Assembly: GCA_951406725.2 (NCBI GenBank)
Contig: OX597820.1
Span: 28,272,001 to 28,336,000, forward strand
Length of the DNA: 64,000 nucleotides
Source of the DNA: Octopus vulgaris
Taxonomy: Eukaryota
Direction: 5' to 3'
Made by a program: the position numbers and the translations under genes. Below the pieces are notes generated by a model. That model saw only the letters and a list, made by a program, of their open reading frames with translations. It did no database searches and had not been told where the DNA came from. Below, one piece after another: positions 14,092-26,672 of the stretch (its first letter is position 1; each line of letters begins with the position of its first letter).

Positions 14092-14319
14092 CGTGTGTCT
14101 GTGTGTGTGTGCGTATACATACTCACACACATATAAGTATAGATATAAGTGTACATATATCTACATAACGGATACGTGGACATGTATATATATACATATA
14201 CTTTATGTATTTGTGTGTGCAATTAAATGTTTGTTTTCCGCAAATATATGTATTTATGCATGGAAGCCTTTATCTTGCTTTTGTATAAATTATGAAAACT
14301 TCCGTCTTATATATATATA

Positions 14320-14376
<57 letters not shown>

Positions 14377-14377
14377 A

Positions 14378-14413
<36 letters not shown>

Positions 14414-14502
14414 CGTATAATATATAACTAATATATAAATATATGCATATATACATACATATATGTACATACCAACATATATATGTATATGAACATGCAT
14501 AT

Positions 14503-14634
14503 ATGGGTACAGGACATCAAATAATGTTAAACACAATGGGAAACGAAAACACAAAAACAAAAACATAGAAAACGAACCTTTTTGGAACAAGGAAAAAGTA
14601 CAGGGAAACGAGACATGCAACATAAAGAATATTC

Positions 14635-14636
<2 letters not shown>
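14503..14636 (-). mobile_element. Short TA-embedded fragment of the repeat family at 26300-26672
   Basis: atgggtacagg..ttaaacacaatg.gaaacg..atgcaacataaagaatattccc is the reverse complement of 26533-26672. Confidence 0.75.
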
Positions 14637-14723
<87 letters not shown>

Positions 14724-14876
14724 CATACATATATATATATAAATACATACATATATATAAATACATACATATATATAAATACATACATATATATAAATAC
14801 ATACATATATATACACACATATATATACATATATATACATATATATACATATATAGAAATTCGGGGTGAGTACTTG

Positions 14877-14978
<102 letters not shown>

Positions 14979-15026
14979 GAGCACACATATATGAAGATAC
15001 TGATAGTACACAAACGCATATATATA

Positions 15027-15061
<35 letters not shown>

Positions 15062-15981
15062 GGTATATATATACGTATGTATGTATTATGAGAGAACGAG
15101 AGAGAGAGAGAGACTGAAAGCGACAGAAAAAGGTGGAAAAAAGAATACATAACTGAGTGTAATGGAGACAGAGAACTTCATAAGTAACTATAGCACATGT
15201 TCTGCATACAGCCATACATACGTATTACTCATATAGACATGCGAATGCATACACATACAGAAACACACACATATTAGTACAATGTAAATGAAGATCATCT
15301 ATTAATAACTCACAGATAACCGAGTAATAGTGTTTTTGACATAAATGATATCACCATTCCTACATCTTTTTACCAAAGTCGGATCAGGTTAATTACTCTC
15401 TTCAATCACGTAGAGTCACCCATATTTTGGGGGCGTCGTTTTCAATGGTAATGACATATAAAGATTTATACCATAATTAGTAGCAGTTGAAATTCTAGAC
15501 GAAATCAAACAGTTACATTTCATCTCATACAATAAACACTTTTTGGATATATTTTGAGACAAATCATTCAGTAAAATGTTATTCTTTGTAGTTGTGGAAT
15601 CAGAGAATCTGAATAGTTTTGAAGCAGGACAAAGTTCAGGCACTAGGATCAATATCTTGATTCATAGCAACTATAAAACTGCAGACACACGTACACGCAC
15701 ACACGCAAAACACGCGCTGGCACACACACAAACACGTACAACACTCGCACACAGACGCATAAAAAATAGTCACAAGCACACACATATCCCTTTGTATGCA
15801 TATATGTATTTAGGTATGAATGTGTGTACGTTTGAATGTAAACATGTAGATGTATATATACTCATATATAGTCATTCATAGTTAACATGTGGGATCTAGA
15901 GATGTTCAGTATAGAAAACAGGTTGTAATGCGTAAACTTCAAATTCTTAACTAGGAATATGCCCAAGTAAGGAATGGCTAA

Positions 15982-16031
<50 letters not shown>

Positions 16032-16125
16032 TGATAAAACGGTAAGATAACAAAAGAAAGAGACCTCAATATTATGTAAATAGAGGAAATTTATCTATAC
16101 AATATGTTACATTACTCGGGAGTCA

Positions 16126-16188
16126 AGATAAAACTCTGAGTTTCAGATGCCGAAGTGGAAATCCACAACACCATCTCTTCGGTTATCT
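16126..16188 (-). ncRNA. Type I hammerhead ribozyme (PLE terminal repeat)
   Basis: rc AGATAA CCGAAGA GATG..GTGG-attt-CCAC..CATC t GAAA CTC-a-GAG TT TTATCT. Confidence 0.8.
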
Positions 16189-16382
16189 GGCTATTTGAAA
16201 ACGTTATGAAAAAATACCGTTAAAAATGAAGGGAAATTACTCTGTTATAACTCTGCTTTGCCTGCGTACTTATACATCGCTCGCATTTTTCGTCATAAAA
16301 ATTATATAAAAATACATAAAAATATATAAAAATATATAAAAATATAGAAATTCTTCTTGGGACATTACACAGAAAGCATGTT

Positions 16383-16988
16383 CTATCCGTTTTCTTTAGG
16401 GGACCAAAAACGTAACAGAAATTTAGTCACATGTGGACATGATCCGAAAAGCTCTGTCCTTGTATTTAGACATGTAGTAGGGTCTAAGCTGCTTTTCCAG
16501 ATAAGCCATCTCTCCATGTCGCATAAACCGCACCTTCCGCTGCCGTTAGTATAGGGCTTACATCTGGCCAAAATCTTCCATTGTATGTTATAATCGACAC
16601 CTTTATCTCTTAAAGACCAAATATGATTGGATAATTGTGTCGCTTTTCTTTTGTTCCAGTGCCTAAAGCTCAAAGTGTGGTTATTGAACCTGGCCTTGAA
16701 ATTACCCTCTGTAAGGCCCACGTATTTCTTCGTCGAAACGGTGTCTTTAGTGGTTATAGAGTTTACGGTAGCTTCATATATGATGGTCTTGGACATGCAA
16801 GCTCCATTTAGCGGGCACAATTCTTTATTCCTGCATGAACAGCTGTTTTCTTCTTGTGTTTTTTGTATGTTATGATTGATTATGTTTTTAAAATTGGTAG
16901 TTGAACTAAAACTAATTTTTAAATTGTGTCTATTGAAGAGTTTCCTATAAGCATGGTTAACTGGAAAATGTCTATCTATCAGTGCTAG
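16383..16988 (-). pseudogene. PLE GIY-YIG endonuclease domain (5'-truncated, stop-free, ~200 codons; possibly Naiad-type)
   Basis: IDRHFP..CSCRNKELCPLNGAC..IIYEATV..YVGLTEGNFKARFNNH..LSNHIW..CKPY..CGLC..CPH..KFLL. Confidence 0.9.
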
Positions 16989-17128
16989 GAAATATTAACC
17001 TAGGAGAGTTGGGAGAGGAGGGAGAGGAGAGAGAGGAGGGAGAGGAGGAGGAGGAGTATTGTGATGACTACAAAGAAGAAGAAGAAGAAGAAGAAGAAGA
17101 AGAAGAAGAAGAAGAAGAAGAAGAAGAA

Positions 17129-17160
<32 letters not shown>

Positions 17161-17514
17161 AGAAGAAGGTAGAGTTTAGGGTGAGAGGAGGAGAAGTTGA
17201 GGTATGAGTGTGAGTCTGTGTGTTTGTATTGGATGGAGGTGGAGTGATGAAGACTGACCGAAACGTCGATAAAGGCGACAGAAGTGTGGGAAAAAGGAGA
17301 TTATGACGATATCATTTTCCAATTACAATGAACTTAAGAGGAATTGTATATATTTTCATTTATGATATTAAAGTTAATATAATGACTTACAAAAGTGAGC
17401 ACAATATCTTCGCTAATACAGAGAAATCCAATTAGTTTGCAATTTAAATCTACCATAATGTGTTTACGTGTGTGTGTGTGTGTGTTCTTAAATGACTTAT
17501 AAGCATCTTCCACG

Positions 17515-17578
<64 letters not shown>

Positions 17579-18059
17579 ATATTGTTAATAATCCACGAAG
17601 GAATAAATATTAATCAAAGAAATGCCTGAGCTTGATATTGTTACTTTAGCAGAATCATTTCGATTGTATTTCGGAATTATACAAACTATTAACAAATATA
17701 AATACTCATGCAGCAGACATTTTTGTATATCAAAATACAATGTGGTTTTTCAAACATGAAACTAATCCCATACTTCCAAGACTACTACTTCTCACTACAT
17801 CTCTTCATCTGGCATTATGAAAGTAATGCTAATTATTATTTAATAATAGTAACGATATGAATATAATTATTAGAAGATTTCACTAAATTATAGAAGGAAT
17901 AATCACAAGAAAATTGAACAAGAAATAGAGCTTAATCAAACATTAAGTACTTGCAAACGCACAAACATATATACAAATACACACAGGCACACAAACATAT
18001 ATATAAATAGACACATGTACAGATATACGTAAACGCACACACAAAAACCGTTATATTCA

Positions 18060-18169
18060 GTTCAACATATGATTAAGAGCACGAGCTACTAACCCCAAGA
18101 TTCCGAGTTCGATTCCAGGCAGTGATATGAATAATAATAACAATAGTAATAATAATAATAATAATAATG

Positions 18170-18238
<69 letters not shown>

Positions 18239-18420
18239 TCGAAAAATACCGTAGGAATGAGAACACAGGTTCGAAATTTCCCCAAGACACCTGATGAAGG
18301 CTGGAGGGTACATCAGACGAAACGTTGTGTTAACAACAATCAAGATGAGGACAAATATCAGTCAAATGTAAATAATGTAAATATGTACATAATTTCTTAT
18401 CTCTTAAAAATAGAAGTAAA
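18060..18420 (+). mobile_element. Chimeric element: tRNA-derived head, (TAA)n spacer, hammerhead-containing tail
   Basis: B-box GAGTTCGATTCC at 18105-18116, (TAA)n at 18131-18237, HHR at 18286-18331. A second head copy lies at 32378-32452 and a second tail copy at 8876-9030. Confidence 0.75.
18286..18331 (+). ncRNA. Minimal type I hammerhead ribozyme
   Basis: GACAC CTGATGA a GGCTG-gagggtacat-CAGAC GAAA CG TT GTGTT. The copy at 8901-8920 has a perfect stem II (GGCTG/CAGCC). Confidence 0.8.
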
Positions 18421-19188
18421 TTTAATTTGTGTCAAAATATTTTCGCCGTTTTGAAACCGCGACCTATTCACTGACAAAACTTCGTGGTCTATCTGAGAAA
18501 GTAGCAGTTACTTCATGATATATGTGTGCTTATATATGTATGTACGTATGTGTTTATGTATGTACATGTGTTCATGTATGCATGTACGTATGCATGCATG
18601 TATGTATGTACGTACGTATGTATGTATATATGTATTTAGGTATAAAAGTGTGTAAACGTGTCTGCGTGTGTGTATATTTGTATGTACATGTAAACGTATG
18701 TTTATGTACTGATATTTATATCTGTTCAAGTCGTGTATATGACTGTTAAAGATTTGTATATATATATATATATATATACATGCTTCTCTCACCACCGTTT
18801 AACGATGAATAGATACAATGTCTTAGATACATACATGTAAAAATAAACCTAGCAATTCATATGTACAAGCACACACAATCATATAAACAGGTATACACAT
18901 ATATATATATAAACGTGTAATCTTAAACTATACGCATATATATGCGTGTATCTATCTACATATATTTATGTCTCTATTTTCACAGAGAACGGTTAAACTC
19001 CAATGGTTTTCTTTTATATTTTACATAGACATATATGAGGGATATATGAAGTCTTGAGCCTCAAGAAAAAACCAAAGATCATGGTAGAAGACATCTGATA
19101 AAAGTACAAGACTTCAAGTCTCAAAGACCTTGAAGGCTGGAAACTTTTCATACACCCCCCGTACATATATATGTGCATAGACACACAA

Positions 19189-19239
<51 letters not shown>

Positions 19240-20019
19240 TGTGTGTGCGTGCGCGCGCGCGCGTGTGTGTGTGTGTATGTGTGTGTATGTGTGTGTGTGT
19301 CTGTGTGTGTGTGTGTCTGTGTCTGTGTCTGTGTGTGTGTGTATCTATATCCGACGTTGCGTAATCTGTTTTCTGATGGTAAATATTTATATTTTCCGAT
19401 ATGGTTATTATTCAAAGGTAAGTAGGTAATATGTGTTTGTCTTGCCAAAGTTAATTAATCTTGGTGATAAAGTGCGTATTTAGTCAGTGTAATCAAATTA
19501 ATTACCTGGCCATTCGCAGTGCAGTTGGGGAAGTCTAATTCCTCGGATTCTCCAACTGCTTGTCAGAGGATGTAGTGCCAAGCCATGACGAAACTAAATG
19601 ACAACAGCGTGTCTCCTTATAGGACCCAAGCTTGCAGCCCAAGCACTTGAGTTACCTCTTCCGATTTGATCATCTGGGTTATCACGTTGGTATAGATGTC
19701 TTCGAAGGTTCGCTGGAATCCTAAGTTGAGTGATTTAAGATCCCAAAGAATGGATTGTAATGTGTCCTTGAAAACTGAAGTTTGTAACATAAACGTTAAG
19801 ATAGTTCTCTTTTATACAAATCACGCAAGAACTAGGATATGCATGAACGCTACATACTTCTCCGTTTCTTTATTAGCCACAAAGGCTCAACTTAGAGGGG
19901 GACAAACAAGAACAGAGAGGACAGCACAGAGGGGACAATGCATAAAACGAATATGAATGAGATGATTATTTAACAATGAGATTATGATTGGCTGCATGCG
20001 CCCCTCATCACATGCAGTA

Positions 20020-20244
20020 GCTATTTCTTTACTACCCACAAGGGTCTAAAAACAGAGAGGACAAACAAGGACAGACAAACGGATTAAGTCGATTATATAA
20101 ACCCCAGAGCGTAACTGTACTTATTTAATCGACCCCGAAAGGATGAAAGGCAAAGTCAACCTCGGTGGACTTTGAACTCAGAACGTAACGGCAGACGAAA
20201 TACTGCTAAGCATTTCGGCTAACGTCTCTGCCAAATCGCCGCCT
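20020..20244 (-). mobile_element. Full-length SINE family B with 15-bp TSD
   Basis: TSD tcatcacatgcagta at 20005-20019 and 20245-20259. Confidence 0.93.
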
Positions 20245-20289
20245 TCATCACATGCAGTATCATTAATCTTGTATACAGTCAATTATTAT

Positions 20290-21565
20290 CGGCTATTTAC
20301 ATAACAATTAATTAACATGTAACATACCATTACAAGTCGCCAATCTGTATTTTCTCCAACGGTCCACATCGGATTCTTGATGCCTTGTCTTTCCAATAAA
20401 AAAGTCTTGTTATTCTCTAACCATTGATTCAGGGCTATCTAAAAGACAGTCCTTTATTAACGGTATCACGTCATCCTAGTCGATTACTGGTTCCAGCTTT
20501 TCAAACCCAACTTTAAACTGTACCTTTCCCAAATCGCACCTTTTTTTTTAAACTCCTCAAAGCAATTCGGTTCTATTATTAATGGTTTAGTTCCATCGTT
20601 GCTGTAACCCTTAGGTAATTTTACCCGTGTTACTGGCTTCATTTTCAGGATTTCAGCCTCTGTATGGATACGCCTTTGGTATTCTATATAATACCATGTC
20701 TTTTTCTTCTGGTTTTCACTCCCTCCTTCATTCCTTTTTTCTTCACCTCTCTTCAACTTTACTCTCAGAAGAGACAATTTCAAACTTTCCTCTCCTGTTT
20801 TTCTTGTCACTATATTTCCCCCATTATTTCCCATCGCCTCTTTTTCCTTTTTCAACTTCTCCGGTGGGGAACCCCTTCTACTTTTTTCTTTTCCGCGATT
20901 TCACCTCCACGAATTCTTCCTCTGTATCCACTGTTTTAGCTTCTTCTCCACACTCTTCCATGGTTGCCTCTCTCTGCGTCGAACTCTCCTCATTCACTTT
21001 TTCCTTGTTTCGAGGGCAGTCCGTTTATTGTGTCCCTTTTTGCTACACAAAAAAGCATTGCACAGGTCTGCCCTCTACCACCACATTCAACTTGTTTCCT
21101 TCGGGCAATACTATTTCTTCAATTATGGAATTCAGGTCCTCCAGGGTGGCTTGAATTTTCTTTTCTAGCCCACATCTCCAAAAGTCCATCTTTTCAGTTC
21201 TTGTTTCCTTAAATATTTTCGGACTCTGTTTCATGTGAAATAAGACTGCCACCATAATACCGTCTCGTCACATTCCGGTGGGATTTTACCCACCCTTACT
21301 CTCGCCATTCTTTTGCTGTAGTAACTCAGTAGAAAAGCCCATTCGCGTTCCTAATCGGATCTACTGCATGCTCTGCTTCTGCTTCCTCAGATGCGAACCT
21401 GACTTCTACCACTCCGAGTTTCTCCCCCCTCGTTGCAAATGTCGCCAGGTGTTTAATATATTTTAGTATTTTTTCTATACTCTCAGTCGTCGCGGTTTCG
21501 ATTTTTCGCGTGTTGTACAGGACCGTTCTTTTTTGTAAACTTTCCGAAAATTCTTTTGGCGGTAC

Positions 21566-21629
<64 letters not shown>

Positions 21630-21860
21630 TGTACCATGACTTGTTAATAATTTTCCACATTCTTTAATTCTGTCTGTTTCTACCTTTACGTCCGTCACCG
21701 TTAACGCAGCATTATCGTCACCAGCTGTTGCCGCCGCTGCATAACTCTTGTTCGAGGTATTCAAATTCTCCATTTTACAACTGAATTAAAAACAACCGAA
21801 ATATACGGATACACCTGAGCGTTATATGCTTCTCACGAATGCCGTCATGACAGCTGGAGA
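20290..21860 (-). mobile_element. LINE ORF1-like zinc-knuckle pseudogene (L1/Tx1-type), no ORF2 seen
   Basis: MENLNTSNKSYAAAA..., an RRM-like LGVVEVRFASEE, VVVEGRP, then a frameshifted CxxC-SKKGH-xxxxC knuckle (about 21015-21062). An (AG)n expansion lies at 21569-21626. Confidence 0.7.
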
Positions 21861-21957
21861 CTATCTTTAATTGGTTGTGGACTATCCCATTATATGGCTT
21901 TTCGTAGGGATGATTATTTGACAGTGAATTACCAAGCATTGTGATAATATCGCTTTA

Positions 21958-22112
21958 GTACTTTTACGTTCTGAGTTCAAATTCCGCCGAGGCCGACTTT
22001 GTCGTTCATCCTTTCGGGGTCGATAAATTAAGTACCTGTTGCGTACGGGGTTCAATGTAATCGACTCGCCCCTTCCCTAAAGGTTTCGGGCATTGAGCCT
22101 AGAGTAGAAAAG
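21958..22112 (+). mobile_element. 5'-truncated SINE family B with 12-bp TSD
   Basis: TSD aatatcgcttta at 21946-21957 and 22113-22124. Confidence 0.9.
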
Positions 22113-22773
22113 AATATCGCTTTATATCAAATGTCTATATCAAAGTATTATATCAAATGTTAGATACATAGAATGAGTGTGCAGAATAGAATCGGGAGCG
22201 ACAAAGGCTATAATTAAAAACGTAACATTATAATATTGATTGAAAAGTCACAGTGTACAGAATCTCTAATAAAACAAAGTATACAGCAAGGTCGTTAGAC
22301 ATGTTAGCTATATCAGTGGAAATTTTGTCAAATAACACTGAACCGACTGAATTTTGAAGGAAGATATATCAGATAACACAATCACAGACAGTACAAGAAA
22401 ATATAACAGGCATAAAGAAGAAATTAAAACAGGATGGCTATCACTGCAACAAACGTATTTTTCGTCTGTTCAAAGCAAAAACGAATGCAACTGAAAAATA
22501 TAAATACGACTTCAACATCAGGTTGGAAATAGCAAATAGAATTCTAAATATATAGTTCCAGTTGCAATAATTTGATCAGTGGAAACTTACAAACTATATA
22601 CATAAACAACTTCGATATACGGGCTAAAACTTTAAGAACAATTAGATTAAAACTTTCGATACAACATGGTCAGACGAAGTCATGTAGTTTATTTGTGCGT
22701 CCAAATTGATAGACAGATAAATGGAAAGATGGATAAATAGATATGCCTGTGAGCATATATACATACATACATA

Positions 22774-22828
<55 letters not shown>

Positions 22829-23487
22829 GTTGTTATTATTTAATTGTACGCCATGCATCCAGCGTGTGTGCTTACAACTATACATACATATATCGATGTA
22901 TGTGCGTGTACATGTGTGTGCTTCTACGTGTGTGTGCTTCTACGTGTGTGTGCGTGCGTATCTATGTAGGTTAGTTTGAATGTATGCATATCATTGTTTT
23001 CTAATATTATATACAGCAAATGTTTCTGAAATTAGCAGAAAACAAAGGAAAAGTTGATACACTGGAGAAGTTATAAAGTAGTTTGGAGTTTCTGTGCCAC
23101 TATGTATGCATGTATGTACATATATGTATTCATGTTTACATGTATGTAAATATGTATGTATGTGTGTATGTATTTATGTATGTATAGGTATGTAAGTGTC
23201 TGTTATGATATTTAGAAATTAAGTAGCTTAATATTTATAAGACAGAATGGGAGAATGTGTGAATAATTGCTTGATGCTTCAATATTATGATCTTACAGAA
23301 GCAGGAAAGTGCCGAGTGCATTATTAAAAGCACCATATTTACAAAGTGCAGATAAACAGTGCCAGTGCAAATGAGTATGAGGATATAAATATAAATACAA
23401 ATATATATGTATATGTGTGTGTGTGTGTGTATGCGTGTCCGCGTACATGTGTCTGTGTGTGTATGTGTGTTTGCGTGTGTGTGTATT

Positions 23488-23530
<43 letters not shown>

Positions 23531-23581
23531 TTAAAAAAAGGCAAAATAGAAAATGCTAAACTAATTTCATAAAAAACATTT

Positions 23582-23617
23582 CAGTACCGGTTTCAGTCAT
23601 TGAGACTTTTTCAACTG
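23582..23617 (-). ncRNA. Minimal hammerhead ribozyme with compensatory U3-A8 core
   Basis: rc CAG TTGAAAA AGTC-tcaat-GACT GAAA CCGG TA CTG, about 55 bp from a (TA)n end. Confidence 0.75.
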
Positions 23618-24162
23618 TAAGTATGGAAAATAATTAAATTTGGAAAAATTAAAGAGAAAAGTTTTTATAAAAGAATATTCGTATAGTGTTCAAATACACA
23701 AATACAAGTGGCATTTTCCTTGTTTCTGTCTGACTCTGTCTCTGTTGTTTACTCTTGTGGGTTCGAAGTCGTTGTGAATTCTTGGTAGGGAAGGAGAAGA
23801 AGGGGGAGAAGAAGAAGAAGAAGAAGAAGAAGAAGAAGAAGAAGAAGAAGAAGAAGAAGAAGAAGAAGAATGTGGGAGTGCCATGACAGTAGTATTTTGA
23901 ATAGTCAGCTGCGCTGCCCCGAAAATGACCCGCTGTGGATGGTAGTGATAACTGTTCAATTCATGAAAATATCTCTTTTGAATGTTTTGTTTATAAAATT
24001 TGCGTAGATGTTATTCTAAACAGCTATAGTTGTAAAGTTAGGAAGTTATATATATGTAACACCCACAAGAAGACGAAGAGCAAACACAGAGAAATAACAA
24101 CAACGCGAGAACGTTGTACATGTAAAGTATTAGCAGATGCTTAGGGAAGGAAAGAAATATGG

Positions 24163-24195
24163 TTTAACCTTTCCAGCAAAGCAATTCTTCAGCAA
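24163..24195 (-). ncRNA. Degenerate hammerhead in a PLE-terminal-repeat-like fragment (about 24040-24290)
   Basis: rc CTGAAGA attGC-ttt-GCtg GAAA GG TT. The downstream sequence resembles that following the HHRs at 12435 and 48729. Confidence 0.5.
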
Positions 24196-24295
24196 CAGAG
24201 GAAAGTCCAGTAGAAAAGGAAGATAGAGTAAGAAAATCGCCAACGATTCACATGTTGTTACATTTTGAAATGTTTGTGTTGCTATACATACATAA

Positions 24296-24390
<95 letters not shown>

Positions 24391-24542
24391 ATTAGGGAGT
24401 ATATCCAAACTTACAGGGAAAAGTTAGATTTAGGATTAAATCAAATTTCACAGTATAAATATAAATTAAATTAGAGATAAAACCACTATTAGGCACTATT
24501 AATTTGCTAATTAGATTAGATTTAGGATTAAATCAAATTTCA

Positions 24543-25544
24543 GGATCATTTCTAAAAGATGGACAGAATTTCCTACTGAACTAAATAAATTGAAACTTCG
24601 TATACTGGTAGAATGTGTCAAAAGAAAACATTAATTTCAATTTGTTTTTTGGCAAAAATGTATTTTCTAACTTTTACGTAGTTTAATTCTTCGAATTTTA
24701 ACCAAACTTATTCTCTGTTTTGAGCTGAATTCATTTGCTGCCGTGTTATTCATCTTTATCAGTCTTCTGTTTTCTGTCTTCAAAGGCTTGTTTATTTTAA
24801 AGTCATCCCTGATTACCTGTGTGTGTGTGTTTTTGTTGTGTATGTGTGTGCGTGTGTGTGTTTGTTTTCTGTGTGTGTTATTGTTGTGTATGTGTGCGTG
24901 TGTGTGTGTGTCTTTTTGGAGTCTATATGTGTGTGTGTGTTTGTTTGTTGTGTATGCGTGCGTGTGTTGTGTATCTCTTAAATCGATGAATTTCGTCGCC
25001 CAATAAAAATATTAACGATATTTTTTGAACTTTAATATCGTTAATGTTTTTATTGGGCGACGAAATTCATCGATTTAAGAGATACAGAACACACGCACAC
25101 ATACACAACAAAAACAACACACACACATATACACAACAAAAACACACACACACGCACACGTACACAACAAAAAACACACACACACACATACACAACAATA
25201 ACACACACACACGCAACAAACACACACGCGCACATACATACACAACAAAAACACACAGGTAATCGGTCCGTAAGTCAGGGATGACATTGAAATAAACAAG
25301 CCTTTGAAGACAGAAAACAGAAGACTGATAAGGATGAATAACACGGCAGCAAATGAATTCAGCTCAAAACAGAGAATACGATTGGTTAAAATTCGAAGAA
25401 TTAAACTATGTGAAAGTTAGAAAATACATTTTTCTCCAAAAACTAATTGAAATTAATGTTTTCTTTTGACACATTCTACCAGTATACGAAGTTTCAAATT
25501 ATTTAGTTAAGTAGGAAATTCTGTCCATCTTTTAGAAAAGATCC
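24543..25544. mobile_element. Foldback/MULE-like non-autonomous DNA transposon (1002 bp, almost entirely TIR)
   Basis: Starts GGATC and ends GATCC; ~480-510-bp inverted arms meet near 25021-25037; exact 9-bp TSD CAAATTTCA at 24534-24542 and 25545-25553. Confidence 0.92.
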
Positions 25545-25835
25545 CAAATTTCACAGTATAAATATAAATTAGATTAGAGATAAAACCGCTATCAGGCACT
25601 ATTAATTTGCTAATTAGATATTGGACTATCACTGAGTTAAGAATATTCGTGAGTTTATTATGTTTTTAAAGCCATATTATATCTTAATAGATCAATACAT
25701 TTTCTATCTATTTCTTGTTACCTTAAAAAATTGATATTTAACATAATAAATGGGTTGCATAACATAATCCTAATGTATGAAGTTTCTAATTTAGATAATA
25801 GAGAAAAATTTACATATTTATTTAATTATTATCGT

Positions 25836-25935
25836 TAACCTGAAGATTGACTATAATTTTAATTCGAATTTTCAATTGAATTTAAACTTAATTGTAATTC
25901 GAATTGAATTATAGCCATGAAACCTACGTAGAGTT
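25836..25935 (+). ncRNA. Hammerhead motif with very long stem II
   Basis: CTGAAGA (25840-25846), then TGaCTATAATT..AATTCGAATT..CAATT / AATTG..AATTCGAATT..AATTATAGcCA, then GAAA C-ctac-G TA. Stem I is weak. Confidence 0.65.
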
Positions 25936-26209
25936 TTTACTTATCTATATTATATTTAACTTTTTTATACTTTTTGGCTAGATATATACCAAAAAAATTA
26001 AAAGTTTAAAAACATTTAAATGTTTTTAAATTGTTTAAATTTTAATATTTTAAATTTTAAATTTTATATTTTATATATATATCATGTATTATATTAATTA
26101 TATTTAATTTTTGTTTTTTAAGTTTTGGTTTATGTCAATCGCTGTTTGAGTTGCCTCATAGTTGTTTTATCTCTAATTTAATGTATATATATCTACATCT
26201 ATCTATCTG

Positions 26210-26266
<57 letters not shown>

Positions 26267-26299
26267 ATATATCTATATATATATATAGTAATTTTATAT

Positions 26300-26672
26300 T
26301 GTGATATATATTAATATAGTTCATAGTAATTTTTCTATTGTCTTGGCTTAACAGCCCCCGCCATTTGTTTTTACTGTCTTGTTTTCACTGTCCTGTTCTT
26401 GTTACCACTTTCACCCTTATCAAAAATCCCAAATCTGATTTAATTCGCTTTGCGGGAAGGACTGTTTCAATGAAGTCGCGTATTGTCCTTGTCTTTGAAA
26501 CAGGGAGTAGATGAAACAAGCACAACCGATGAAGGGGAATATTCTTTATGTTGCATGACTCGTTTCTCTGTTTGTTTTTTCCGTTGTTCGAAAAAAGTTC
26601 GTTATCTACGTTTTTGTTTTTACATATTCGTTTCTCATTGTGTTTAACGTCTTTTCGGGGACCTGTACCCAT
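26300..26672 (+). mobile_element. TA-flanked non-coding repeat (PLE-terminal-repeat-like)
   Basis: A second copy lies at 14503-14636. It contains degenerate HHR-like words (TCAATGA..GAAAC..GTA; CCGATGA). Confidence 0.55.

Larger units (their letters stand above)
16030..16990 (-). mobile_element. 5'-truncated Penelope-like element: intact GIY-YIG C-terminus plus 3' terminal repeat with HHR, ending at (TA)n
   Basis: Open frame about 16988-16383, then a 3' UTR homologous to 63255-63470. Confidence 0.92.

Noticed and set aside
17240-17275. GTGATGA..GAAACGTC motif beside the PLE at 16990
   Set aside because: C3 is lost and stems I and II do not pair; at best a fossil, so not counted.
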